34,048 nucleotides of DNA from an uncultured Lentisphaerota bacterium (GTDB lineage Bacteria; Verrucomicrobiota; Lentisphaeria; Oligosphaerales; CAJXKU01). A program made the translations under genes and the position numbers. Under the pieces are notes generated by a model. That model saw nothing but the letters and a program-made list of their open reading frames with translations, was not told the DNA's origin and did not search any database. This document shows positions 9,761-19,195 of the stretch, piece by piece. The stretch covers positions 1-34,048 of the forward strand of contig CAJXKU010000003.1 of assembly GCA_913055945.1 (NCBI GenBank), written 5' to 3'. Every line of letters starts with the position of its first letter. Within the stretch, counting starts at the first letter, position 1.

Positions 9761-11533
9761 ATGGACGGGCATACCGCCTGGATTCAGGTCGGACCTTCTA
9801 CGTGGTACGAATTTGCAGAACTTGTCGGCATTGTGGAAGCGGTAAAGCTTTCCGAGGTGATGCCGGCGCTTCGCCGGATCGAGGATGCGGCGGCGAGGGG
9901 AGTTTATGCGGCGGGCTTCGTCTCGTACGGGGCCGCTCCCGCTTTTGATAGTGCCTTGACTGTTGAATCCTCCGCGGAATTACCGTTGCTCTGGTTCGGA
10001 TTATACCGCATGTGCCGGCAACACGCTTACCCGCCGTTTGGTTCTTCAGCATCCGCGGGCGATGAGCCGTCCTACCATCTCGGTAAATGGCGAACGGGCT
10101 GTGACAGGGGGTGTTATGAACAGGCGATCAGGGCTATCCGGGATTACATCCGGGCCGGGGATACCTACCAGGTCAACTATACGTTCCAGCAGTATGCGCA
10201 CTTCGACGGAGATCCCCGGATGTTCTTCAGGAATCTTTGTCGGTCCCAGCGGGAAGCTTACTCGGCATACCTGGACCTGGGATCTTTTGTGGTGTGCTCT
10301 GCTTCGCCTGAATTGTTTTTTCATCGGAAAGGCAATAGAATCATAAGTCGGCCGATGAAGGGGACTGCCCCCCGCGGGGTGGATCTCGCATCTGATCAGC
10401 GTTTGCGCAGGCAGCTGGAGGAGTCAGAGAAGGACCGTGCCGAGAATGTTATGATCGTGGACATGATCCGTAATGATCTGGGGCGAATTGCTGAGCCGGG
10501 CACGGTAAGTGTAAGTGACATGCTTGCGATCGAGCGTTATCGGACTGTTTACCAGATGACGACAACAGTGAGCGCTGAGACGGAGGAATCGCTGGAAGGG
10601 ATTTTCGGAGCTCTTTTCCCTTGTGCCTCCATAACCGGAGCTCCGAAAAAGCGGGCAATGGAGATTATCCGTGAGCTTGAACCCGGCGCACGGGGGCTTT
10701 ACACGGGAGCAATCGGCTGTATTATGCCCGACGGGGAAGCGCAGTTCAATGTTGCGATCCGAAGCCCCATCATTAATCGCCGTAAACATGAGATATCCTA
10801 CGGCGTCGGCGGAGGCATTGTCTGGGACTCCGATGCGGCAAAGGAATTTGAGGAATGTCGTACAAAGACGCGAGTGCTGAAGCCTCCCCGCTCGCCGTTG
10901 ACTTTGTTCGAGACGATTCTGTGGAGGCCGGAAGCAGGCTATTACCTGCTTGGTTATCACTTGTCACGTATGGAGGCCTCGGCTGCCTATTTTGGTATTC
11001 TTTTTGACAGCGAAGAGGCAGATGAATATCTGCAAAGCCTTAACGTTAGCAACGATGCCCTTCGGGACCCCTTTGTGGTTAAATTTTTGGTGGATGAGGA
11101 GGGCGGATTCAGCTGCGAGACGCGTTCCCTGCCGGTTGGCGGGAACGGCGGAACGTCGGTGATCGCAATAGCCGAAAATTCGGTAAGCAGCGACGACTGG
11201 CGTTTGTACCACAAAACCAACCACCGGGGGGTTTATGATAAGGCGCGGGAGCGCTACCCCACGTATGACGACGTTTTGTTGCAGAACGAGCGCGGCGAAA
11301 TCACTGAGTCAACGATAGCGAATGTTGTTATCGAACGGAAAAAAGGCGGTCCGTTTGTGACGCCCCCGGTACGTTCGGGGGTGCTGGCGGGGACAAAGCG
11401 TGCTGAGCTGCTCGATGCGGGGCGGATCGTGGAGGGAGTGCTTCACAAATCTGATCTGAGGCAGGCTCATAGAATTTACCTCATTAATTCAGTGCGGGAG
11501 TGGACCCCGGTGCATTGCTGTTTCGACGCGTAA
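9761..11533 (+). CDS. pabB: Aminodeoxychorismate synthase component I fused to class IV aminotransferase-like ADC lyase (PabB-PabC)
   Basis: GDTYQVNY, SPELFF, PMKGT, AENVMIVDMIRNDLGR and FPCASITGAPK motifs; C-terminal HKTNHR, EITESTIAN and GVLAGTKR. Confidence 0.9.
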   Translation: MDGHTAWIQVGPSTWYEFAELVGIVEAVKLSEVMPALRRIEDAAARGVYAAGFVSYGAAPAFDSALTVESSAELPLLWFGLYRMCRQHAYPPFGSSASAGDEPSYHLGKWRTGCDRGCYEQAIRAIRDYIRAGDTYQVNYTFQQYAHFDGDPRMFFRNLCRSQREAYSAYLDLGSFVVCSASPELFFHRKGNRIISRPMKGTAPRGVDLASDQRLRRQLEESEKDRAENVMIVDMIRNDLGRIAEPGTVSVSDMLAIERYRTVYQMTTTVSAETEESLEGIFGALFPCASITGAPKKRAMEIIRELEPGARGLYTGAIGCIMPDGEAQFNVAIRSPIINRRKHEISYGVGGGIVWDSDAAKEFEECRTKTRVLKPPRSPLTLFETILWRPEAGYYLLGYHLSRMEASAAYFGILFDSEEADEYLQSLNVSNDALRDPFVVKFLVDEEGGFSCETRSLPVGGNGGTSVIAIAENSVSSDDWRLYHKTNHRGVYDKARERYPTYDDVLLQNERGEITESTIANVVIERKKGGPFVTPPVRSGVLAGTKRAELLDAGRIVEGVLHKSDLRQAHRIYLINSVREWTPVHCCFDA

Positions 11534-11589
11534 ATGTACGGATTTTTTAAATGGAGAACGCGTAAGCCCACTGATATCTGCGGAATAAA

Positions 11590-11766
11590 GTCTCATACGA
11601 GCCTTTTCCGCCGGACAATGTCCTGATACCCCCGTATGAGACTCGCCGCCTTTGAGAATTCGGCAGACCGCCTAAAGGCGGTACTACAAACCTTCAGATA
11701 TCCAGGGAGACAATTGCTTGTAGTTCCGGCTTCAACCGGATCTTTACCCGGCGAGTCTCATACGAG
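11590..11766. repeat. Mosaic repeat cluster 1: module A plus hinge-bounded REP doublet (module B)
   Basis: Hinges GTCTCATACGAG (11590), CGTATGAGACTCG (11633) and CGAGTCTCATACGAG (11752). REP hairpins at 11668-11687(-) and 11720-11739(+). 11711-11766 is a 55/56 reverse-complement match to 33993-34048. Confidence 0.9.
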
Positions 11767-11804
11767 CTCTGCAGTTCAGATGGTCTTGATAAAAATATTA
11801 CAAG

Positions 11805-11824
11805 GCATCTTCTCTGGAAGATGC
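11805..11824 (-). terminator. Putative intrinsic terminator after the MEDS-PAS kinase gene
   Basis: GCATCTTC-4nt-GAAGATGC hairpin followed on the minus strand by an AT-rich tract (CTTGTAATATTTTT). Confidence 0.4.
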
Positions 11825-11860
11825 GATTCAGGATTCGACGGGAGGTCGGCTGGAAACGCT

Positions 11861-14800
11861 CTATTCGCTGGAGCTCTTCCGGGATACGGAAAGGTCGGCG
11901 TCTTCGATTCTTGGGAGCATAATGCGGAAGGTTGTGCCTTGTCCCTCTTTGCTGTCTACAATAAGGTTGCCCTGATGACGCTGGACGATTCCCTGCAGCA
12001 CGGCCAGGCCTAAGCCGCTGCCGCCGGCTGTCTTGGTGGTATAAAAGGGGTCAAGGCATCTGTCTTCTGTCTCTTCCGCCATTCCCTCACCGTTGTCGCT
12101 GAAGTCTATAACGACGCGTTGATCCTGTACGTAGGTGGATATGTGAATGATGCCATTTTCCGGGATGGCATCGACAGCGTTAAAAATAAGATTTGTTAAC
12201 GCTTCGTTCATTTCAGCTTCATGTCCCCACACCGGAGGGATATCACCGAGATCGGTCTGGATATCAATGGTTTTGCCTGCCGCCGCGGCCTCTTCTTTCC
12301 AGCGGGGTTTGGTAATGGAAATCGCATCTGTGATCGTTTCGTTAAGGTCGAGGGAGTTGAAAGCATCCTGTTCTCTGGGGCGGTAGAACTTGCGCATGCG
12401 GCGAATGGTTTTCGCTGCGTTGGTGGCCGCTTTTTGAACTTGTTCAAGGTAATGCACAGCCTTATCCCGGTCCTGCAGCGTTTCAGGCTGTTCCAGCAGG
12501 AGGGTGGTGAACCCCTGAATCGGAGAGAGGGCGTTGTTGAACTCGTGAGCAATGCCGCTTACCATCGTGGTCAGGGCACGCTGGCGTTCCTGGTCGATGA
12601 GCTGGCTCTGCGTGTTACGCAGTTCTTCCAGGGTATCCTGCAGCCTTTGGTTCGTGGTTTGAAGTTCCTGCTGAGTTTTTCTCCATTCGGTTATGTCATC
12701 GAACACGGCGAGTGCCATCGGTTCATCCGCGAGTCGGAGAGGTGCGCTCTGCAGCAGAAAGATTCGCTCTTCATCTCCGGCGTCACGGTTCAGGCTCATC
12801 TTTGTCTCGACATCATTGTGTTCGCGTTGCCGGTGAAGGGTGTCAAGCAACGTGCAGCGTAACATACATTGCCCGCAATGCTCTGTATGGCCACATCCTG
12901 CCGGATCGTTAAGGGCGTGGATACAGCTCAGCGCTTCTCCAGGATCCAGTCCATACAGCTTTTCCGGAGAAGATCCTGTGAATTCGGCCCCTTGTCTGTT
13001 CACCTGTCTGATGTTCAGGTTGCTGTCCACCAGCACCATCGTGTATGGGACCTTTTTTACGATTGCATTCAGTTCCGACTCGCTGTCAAGCAATGATTGT
13101 TCCGCTCGTTTACGTTCTGTAATATCTCTGACGTGTTCAATGATGCCTGTTATTTGGTTGTTGTGGTCTCTGAGCGGATAGGCGGTGAGCTCGGCCCAGC
13201 GGGGGCCTTGTTCACGGAACAGCTGAATTTCTTCGGTGTGAGGTTCTCCGTTGTACAACGCCCTGATCGAAGGGCACCCTGTACACACTTCTGAGCGATC
13301 GTGGTACGCGGCGTAGCATTTCTTGCCGACTAAAGGCATTTCGGCAGAATGCCTTTTTTCCATCCAGTTGTTGACCTGAACGATGTTGAAATCGGTGTCG
13401 AGGATGCTGAGGCCGTCCTGAATACTGTCAAAAATATTCTGCAGGAACTGCTCGCTTCTTCGCAAGGCTTCTTCCGTGCGTTTATGCTCTGTAATGTCGG
13501 TGGCTACGCAGACCACGTAGGTTACGTTGCCGTTCCCCTCGAGTTTGGGCGTTTTGTCGATCGAGAAAAGCCGTGCTTCACCGTCAACACTTGACAGCCA
13601 TTCTTCTGTGGTTAGAGAGGTTCCGCTCTCGAAGACTTTGCGGTTTCCTTCTTTACAGACTTCGGCGACCTCTTTCGGGAGAAAAGTATCCAACTTTTTA
13701 TGTTCGATATCTTCGCGCCGCAGACCGAAGAAATTGGCGTGGGCCGTGTTGGCCGTTCCGTACGTGTCAACATCGGTCAAATACCATACCTGGGCTTCCA
13801 TGTTTTCCAGCAGAAGTGCCTGTTCGTCACATTTCTGCTGTAGTTCCTGCTTTATGCGGTTGCTTTCTGTAACGTCGCGGATTGTTCCCTGAAATTCGAC
13901 GATTTCGCCGTCTTCGTTCTGAACAGGCACCGACGTAATCAATGTATCAATGACGGAACCGTCTTTTTTGCGCATTTGTATCGGATTATCCTGGACAAAG
14001 CCTCTCTCGCAGATGAGCCGCAGATGTTCGTCTCTCTCGGAGGAGTTGGCGTACATGGCCGGAACCCCCATGCGTTCAAGTTCTTCCCGGCTGTCACAGC
14101 CAAAAAGGTCTACGGTTGCCTCATTTACATCCAGCCATCGTCCGTCCGGACTTGTAATGAACAGGGCGTCTCTACAGGTGCGGAAGAAGTTGCGGTATCT
14201 GTGTTCAGACTGTTGCAAACGTTTTTGGTGTTCAAAGTTCCGTTCTTTGCGGGTTTCAAGTTTTTGCATCCAGTGCTTCAGCTTTTCGTCAGAAGAAGCA
14301 CTCGCTTGTGAGTTGCGGGGCGGGATATAATAAAAGTTTTCGTAGACTTCTGTGCCCAGGATTATGTTTTGATGGGCCTGAAGCACTCTAAGAAGGACGT
14401 CTGCATCACATTGAGATCGATCATATTGGCACAGACCGATGGTCTGGTGGCTGGAAGAGAATTTTTGGTTGAGTTCTATTTCGTATTCGAGCAGCTGATC
14501 AGAGTCGGGCATTCTGCTCAGCACAGGGGTCATATCACTTGCCACCCGAAGGGCTGTATATCCTTCCGCCAGAGCGTTTTCAGCTTCTTTCTGGAGAAAG
14601 GAAAGTGCAGCCTCGGGATCGAAGATATCCCCTTTTACATACATCTTTTCCGGGCTGAGCATCTGCAGACTTCCGCATTCGACCGACTCCTGGAGTGTGC
14701 ATTCGTCTTTTTCCGTATACTCCTGTAGCGGGACAAGCGACTGATCCTGTGAAATGCAAAGCGCTTTCTGGTTCTGCTGCAAACCGCACAGCAGGAACCT

Positions 14801-14896
14801 GGAAAGAACGCACCGACGTTCTTCCCCGGTGTTGTAAAAGTGGCAGGGGTGGTCGCCCGCCTTCAAATCTTTAAGTGTCAGGACGTGATCGTACAT
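11861..14896 (-). CDS. MEDS + multi-PAS sensor histidine kinase (no receiver domain)
   Basis: N-terminal MEDS-like segment (GDHPCHFY...LRVASDMT...LCQYDR). Four PAS/PAC repeats ending in DVTE/DITE. H-box GIAHEFNN, N-box NLIFNAVDA, G-boxes DNGEGM and GSGLGL. Confidence 0.9.
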   Translation of the reverse strand: MYDHVLTLKDLKAGDHPCHFYNTGEERRCVLSRFLLCGLQQNQKALCISQDQSLVPLQEYTEKDECTLQESVECGSLQMLSPEKMYVKGDIFDPEAALSFLQKEAENALAEGYTALRVASDMTPVLSRMPDSDQLLEYEIELNQKFSSSHQTIGLCQYDRSQCDADVLLRVLQAHQNIILGTEVYENFYYIPPRNSQASASSDEKLKHWMQKLETRKERNFEHQKRLQQSEHRYRNFFRTCRDALFITSPDGRWLDVNEATVDLFGCDSREELERMGVPAMYANSSERDEHLRLICERGFVQDNPIQMRKKDGSVIDTLITSVPVQNEDGEIVEFQGTIRDVTESNRIKQELQQKCDEQALLLENMEAQVWYLTDVDTYGTANTAHANFFGLRREDIEHKKLDTFLPKEVAEVCKEGNRKVFESGTSLTTEEWLSSVDGEARLFSIDKTPKLEGNGNVTYVVCVATDITEHKRTEEALRRSEQFLQNIFDSIQDGLSILDTDFNIVQVNNWMEKRHSAEMPLVGKKCYAAYHDRSEVCTGCPSIRALYNGEPHTEEIQLFREQGPRWAELTAYPLRDHNNQITGIIEHVRDITERKRAEQSLLDSESELNAIVKKVPYTMVLVDSNLNIRQVNRQGAEFTGSSPEKLYGLDPGEALSCIHALNDPAGCGHTEHCGQCMLRCTLLDTLHRQREHNDVETKMSLNRDAGDEERIFLLQSAPLRLADEPMALAVFDDITEWRKTQQELQTTNQRLQDTLEELRNTQSQLIDQERQRALTTMVSGIAHEFNNALSPIQGFTTLLLEQPETLQDRDKAVHYLEQVQKAATNAAKTIRRMRKFYRPREQDAFNSLDLNETITDAISITKPRWKEEAAAAGKTIDIQTDLGDIPPVWGHEAEMNEALTNLIFNAVDAIPENGIIHISTYVQDQRVVIDFSDNGEGMAEETEDRCLDPFYTTKTAGGSGLGLAVLQGIVQRHQGNLIVDSKEGQGTTFRIMLPRIEDADLSVSRKSSSE

Positions 14897-14944
14897 AAAA
14901 ATTGCGTATTCAGCCCCTCAACCGTTCCCTAAATAACATCCTGT

Positions 14945-14973
14945 ATTATAACTGCTTTTCGGTTTCTGCAAAA
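14945..14973 (-). promoter_or_regulatory. Putative sigma70 promoter for the MEDS-PAS kinase
   Basis: Perfect TATAAT on the minus strand (14945-14950) with a TTTGCA/TTGCAG-like -35 15-17 bp upstream. Confidence 0.4.
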
Positions 14974-15072
14974 TAACGCGTAGTCTGTGTTACGCTTGCT
15001 CCCTCTTTTCGTGGTCGGCAGGGCACTTTTGGGGATAATTTTCAGCGAAATGAAAACACGTAGCGACCACTC

Positions 15073-16641
15073 TCAGCGGGCGTGATGAACATTTGCGGCT
15101 TGATTCAGAAGCTGTTCAAAGGCCGCATTAAGTTTTTCTTTAGTCAAAGGTTTAGAGATTATTTTGTCTATATTTTCTGTGCGGCCTTCGTTGACCTCCA
15201 TCATGTCCCCGAATCCCGTAAGCATGATGAGCGGTTTTTCAGGGGCAATGGATTTGATTTCCGCAGCCAGCTGGTCCCCATTCATCTGAGGGGTGGCCCG
15301 GTCAGTGATTACTGCATCATATCTGTCTTTATTGAAATATTCTAAAGCTTGAGCGCCGTGGCATGTGACATCCGCGATATGGCCTTGATGTTCCAGCAAT
15401 TCTTTCAAGAATTCCCGTTGAGACTCTTTGTCTTCGACGATCAGTATCGTGAGAGAAGGGAATCCGCTGGTATTCTGCACGAATGCGGAGGATTCCTGGT
15501 CTTCTTCGTTTTCTGATGGCGGAAAAAGTATCCGGAAGCTCGTACCTTTAGCTTCTTCGCTTTCCACGGTAAAATCGCCCAGATGCCTTTGGATAATTCC
15601 CTGTAGGACGGCGAGGCCCAACCCGCTGCCGTCTGGGCCTTTTGTGCTGTAGAAAGGGTCCAGGCATCGCTGTTTTGTTTCTTCTGACATTCCCATGCCA
15701 GTATCCGAAACCAGCAGCAGTACGTTTTCCTCCTGCATTGAGGTTGTGATTCGGATTGTACCTTCATCGGGAATGGCGTCAACAGCGTTGAAAATGAGAT
15801 TGGTCAGTATCTCGTTGAGTTCCGCTTCATTTCCTTCAATGCAAGGGATGTCGCCCAATTCTGTGTGAATGTCAATGTTTTTTCCGGAAGCTTGAGCCTC
15901 CTCTTTCCACATGAGCCTTGTCACAGAAACGGCGTCTTTGACCACTTTGTTAAGATCAATAGATGTAAATGCGTCCTGTTCCCGCGGACGGTAGAATTTG
16001 CGCATCCTGCGGATGGTTTCCGTGGCGTGATCCGCTGCCTGCTGGATGTGTTTTAGATAATGCAGGGCCTTGTCCTGGTTTTTCAGCATATCGGGTTGTT
16101 CCACCAGCATACTGGAAAAGCCCTGAATAGGGGAGAGCGCGTTGTTGAAGTCATGTGCGATGCCACTGACCATGGTTGTCAGTGCCCGCTGACGTTCATG
16201 GTCGATGAGTTGCTGCTGAGTACTGCGCAGTTCCGTCAGCGTCTCTTCCAGTTTCCGGTTCGTCGTCTTTACATTCTGTTCGGCTTGCCGGCGTTTGGTA
16301 ATATCGAATATTGTGTTTGCAAACCCGGCAGGGGCTTGCTTGTCATCTTTAACTACGGATGCACTGAACAGGATATTCAACTTCTGGCCGCTCTTTGTGG
16401 AGATTGTCATTTCTCCTGTCCATGTCCCGTTCTCTCGCGCTTTTCGGAGCAGCTCTTCGCCTTTGTGTTCATTATCCAGAAATTCTTTTATGTTTTTACC
16501 GACAGCGTCACTGCGTTCACACTCCCAGAGTGACAAAAACGCCGGGTTTACATAAGTCATGACCCCACTCATGTCCGTACAGGAGAAAGCTACAGCCGCG
16601 TATTCGAGGGCATGAGTAAGTGGAAACGGTTGTTCGCTCAT
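15073..16641 (-). CDS. PAS hybrid sensor histidine kinase / response regulator
   Basis: One PAS domain, H-box GIAHDFNN, HATPase boxes and C-terminal REC (ILIVED...ITD...MLTG...KP). Confidence 0.92.
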   Translation of the reverse strand: MSEQPFPLTHALEYAAVAFSCTDMSGVMTYVNPAFLSLWECERSDAVGKNIKEFLDNEHKGEELLRKARENGTWTGEMTISTKSGQKLNILFSASVVKDDKQAPAGFANTIFDITKRRQAEQNVKTTNRKLEETLTELRSTQQQLIDHERQRALTTMVSGIAHDFNNALSPIQGFSSMLVEQPDMLKNQDKALHYLKHIQQAADHATETIRRMRKFYRPREQDAFTSIDLNKVVKDAVSVTRLMWKEEAQASGKNIDIHTELGDIPCIEGNEAELNEILTNLIFNAVDAIPDEGTIRITTSMQEENVLLLVSDTGMGMSEETKQRCLDPFYSTKGPDGSGLGLAVLQGIIQRHLGDFTVESEEAKGTSFRILFPPSENEEDQESSAFVQNTSGFPSLTILIVEDKESQREFLKELLEHQGHIADVTCHGAQALEYFNKDRYDAVITDRATPQMNGDQLAAEIKSIAPEKPLIMLTGFGDMMEVNEGRTENIDKIISKPLTKEKLNAAFEQLLNQAANVHHAR

Positions 16642-16782
16642 ATCTATCTGGCCCTGTCAGTTCTTTCTTTGGTATATGGCGTGAGTGTCTGTGTCCGCTC
16701 TCAATCTGCTGCATTTGTCTTTAAAACGAAACGCCAGTAAAAACGGCGATACTATGTATCGAAGGAAGCGACCTGATAAGTT

Positions 16783-16811
16783 AGCATACACCCCGAAGAA
16801 GTTTTTGCCAA
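16783..16811 (-). promoter_or_regulatory. Putative sigma70 promoter for the hybrid kinase
   Basis: Minus strand TTGGCA-17 bp-TATGCT, about 140 bp upstream of the start codon. Confidence 0.45.
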
Positions 16812-16873
16812 AAGGGTTAGCCGGTGCTGAGTTAATCGGGCGGTCCAGTTAGATGTTTAAGAAGCTGTAACTC

Positions 16874-17081
16874 CCAGAACTCACGCGCATCTCCCGGGTT
16901 CGTGACAGCTGGATTTCTGATCAGGCGGTCTTCTGCAAATGGAATGCAACAGTTCTTACCCCCTGCGACAGCGAAGTCACTCCCTAAGCGCCACGCCTTG
17001 ACGGGCTGAACGCCTGGGGTAATGCAGGCTGATATCACGGATGATTCCGGCTACCAGGTTGCTCAGTATGGTGAGCTCTGG
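16874..17081. repeat. Element E copy 3 (diverged)
   Basis: Starts CCAGAACTCACGC and ends TGAGCTCTGG. The first ~75 bp align with 33762-33838, and it shares TTACCCCCTG with copy 2. Confidence 0.6.
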
Positions 17082-17171
17082 AAACTCGATCTTTCGGAGT
17101 ATTGCGTGCAGCATGACACATCGGCGCGCTCCGTGCGCCGCTCTGCACTGCGTGCAGGCATTGCATGCAGC

Positions 17172-17262
17172 GGACTGCGTCCAGCGTGACGATTACAGCA
17201 TGGATGCTTACGACATGCTGAATGCAATTCCTGAACGCAGTTTGACAGGCTGAACGCAGTTC
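17172..17262 (+). mobile_element. Module C, 91-bp MITE-like element, copy 1
   Basis: Imperfect 19-bp terminal inverted repeats (GGACTGCGTCCAGCGTGAC / GACAGGCTGAACGCAGTTC). Near-identical to 19387-19477 and, inverted, to 33902-33992. Confidence 0.85.
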
Positions 17263-17295
17263 CAAAGCGCTACATAAAACGTAGCGCAGTCCAAA
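17262..17295 (-). repeat. REP-like hairpin of TTTGGA(C/G)TGCG...CGCTTTGG type
   Basis: Minus strand reads TTTGGACT-GCGCTAC-7nt-GTAGCGC-TTTGG. Confidence 0.55.
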
Positions 17296-17375
17296 GACAG
17301 CCTTGCGGCTGTCGTACATGTGGTGATCGACGAAGTCGCAAGATCCCGACCTTTATAAAGTCTCGGGGGCGATCC

Positions 17376-17520
17376 TTCGGAGTGGTCCCGATCTCTCTAG
17401 AGAGATCGGGACTTTGGTACGGCATGCCCTGGCGCGGCGACATTTTTTTGCGATGCGAAAGACCGGACCGGGTTTCGGGCTACCAAAGCGGCGATCGGGA
17501 TGGGTCGCCGCACGCCCAAA
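17376..17520. repeat. REPIN-like inverted pair of GGAGTG-type REPs, the left one carrying a perfect 28-bp palindrome
   Basis: GGAGTG|GTCCCGATCTCTCTAGAGAGATCGGGAC|TTTGG (17379-17417) and CCAAAGCGGCGA...TCGCCGCACGCCCAAA (17483-17520). Confidence 0.65.
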
Positions 17521-17948
17521 ATGCTTCGCATCAGTATACTGATCACCGAAAAAGCCTTCGGCTTACTCATACGTAAAACAGTGGATACTTGTCAAAGTAC
17601 TCGTCTAACAGGACACGTTATGTTGCGGAAAAAGAGTTTATTCAGATCAAATCAGCCATGGTGCGGACTCATTGAAAGCGTTCACGCAACATAACGCCGC
17701 GCACCACATAACTCACTTCGGTACGGCATAAGTTCTGGTTATCTGTTTACGTTCCTTCCGGCCAGCATAGATAGCTCCATGGACAGAAGCTAAATTCATG
17801 ATAGAGTATGGCACCCTATTACTGAAACGATTCAGCTATAGGCAAGGATATATATTCAAAACCGGTTCGGCAAAATCAGGCCGTCTGTCGAAGCTGAAAC
17901 GGCATCCTTTTACTTGTGCAATTTATTGAACCTAAGGAAATACGGACA

Positions 17949-18917
17949 ATGATTAAAACGCTGAAGAAAGGACTTATTACCGGCCTATTGGGTGTGGCAG
18001 GATGCACTATGCTGGCAGCTTCTGCTGAGGAGACGGGAACGCAGCAGATGCAGGGAGGTAACGCGCAGTGGAAAAACCCCATTTCCAACCCGATCTTTAA
18101 TGACACCGCAGAACTCAAGCGGCAGTTCGACTTTCAGTTCATCTGGCAAAGCCTTGCGAGTCACTTCAGGACCATACACGGACCTATTCTGAAGGTAGGT
18201 GTGGATATGAACGTGGGGCTTTTCCAATTGGAATATCCGATCAGCGAGAGGTGGGCGTTACTTATCAATAAGGCTGGCTATATAGATTTCAATCCCAGCG
18301 GAACCCTGATGAATAAACGGGAAGGTTTCGCCAACATTTCAGGCGGCGTCAAGTACGCACTCCCGTCTGCTCAGATAGAGCCGCTGAACTGCGCGGTCCG
18401 TACCACAATTGAAGCACCGACCGGCGATGACCAGGTATTCCAGGATGGGCGCGGCAGCATCAGTCCCGCCTTTATCGCGACTTATGACTTCGACCGAATT
18501 GCCTTAAATGGTGTAGCGGGGGCAATTCTGCCGTTCGATGGGAGCGAACAGAGCAGTAAAGGGTATATGAGCTTCGACTTCGCCGCTAAGCTGACGCGAT
18601 CTGTCTCCTCTCATGTGGAACTCAACTGGTTTCGCGTGTTAGACACGGGTAATGGTGATGCAGTCTATGACAGTCACGGAGAGATCCAGACCGCCAGCCA
18701 TCCCTCGGTAGGATTCGAAGGAGGCGATCTTTTCAACCTGGGTGCAGAGAATGCCGACAAATTTCCGGACCTTGTGACGGGTGCCCTGGGCCTCCGCTAC
18801 CAGGCACTCGAGAATGTCAGTCTCGGCATGGCTTACGAAATTGCAATGACGCACACTCATAAAGAACAGAGTTTTATGGACGAACGGGTAACGGCCAACG
18901 TAAGCATGCAGTTCTAA
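17949..18917 (+). CDS. Putative outer-membrane beta-barrel channel/transporter
   Basis: Signal-peptide-like N-terminus (MIKTLKKGLITGLLGVAGCTMLAASA), amphipathic beta-strand pattern and C-terminal Phe (VTANVSMQF). ANISGGVKY and EAPTG resemble Phenol_MetA_deg-like channels. Confidence 0.7.
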   Translation: MIKTLKKGLITGLLGVAGCTMLAASAEETGTQQMQGGNAQWKNPISNPIFNDTAELKRQFDFQFIWQSLASHFRTIHGPILKVGVDMNVGLFQLEYPISERWALLINKAGYIDFNPSGTLMNKREGFANISGGVKYALPSAQIEPLNCAVRTTIEAPTGDDQVFQDGRGSISPAFIATYDFDRIALNGVAGAILPFDGSEQSSKGYMSFDFAAKLTRSVSSHVELNWFRVLDTGNGDAVYDSHGEIQTASHPSVGFEGGDLFNLGAENADKFPDLVTGALGLRYQALENVSLGMAYEIAMTHTHKEQSFMDERVTANVSMQF

Positions 18918-19195
18918 GTCAGCGTCCCCCCAGATACGGTCTTACGCTGAGTAGCCATATGATACCACTTTCTCAGTATCTATTGTGTATGCACAGCTTC
19001 TCTACTCAGAACCGGAGTGATTGGTTGGGTGAACACTTCTTCTATAAAGAATAGTCAGCCAACATATCGCCGTAATTGATTTCTTCCATAGTTACAAACA
19101 GGGCCGCGCAACCTATAAAAACATAGGATTTAGCGGGTGTGCGACTTCAGGATAAATGAAACATTCTTTGCCCGCTCCCGATTTTGAGACTAATG

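Noticed and set aside
17809-17825. TGGCAC as a sigma54 promoter for the outer-membrane protein gene
   Set aside because: There is no GC at the required GG-N10-GC position (TGGCACCCTATTACTG).
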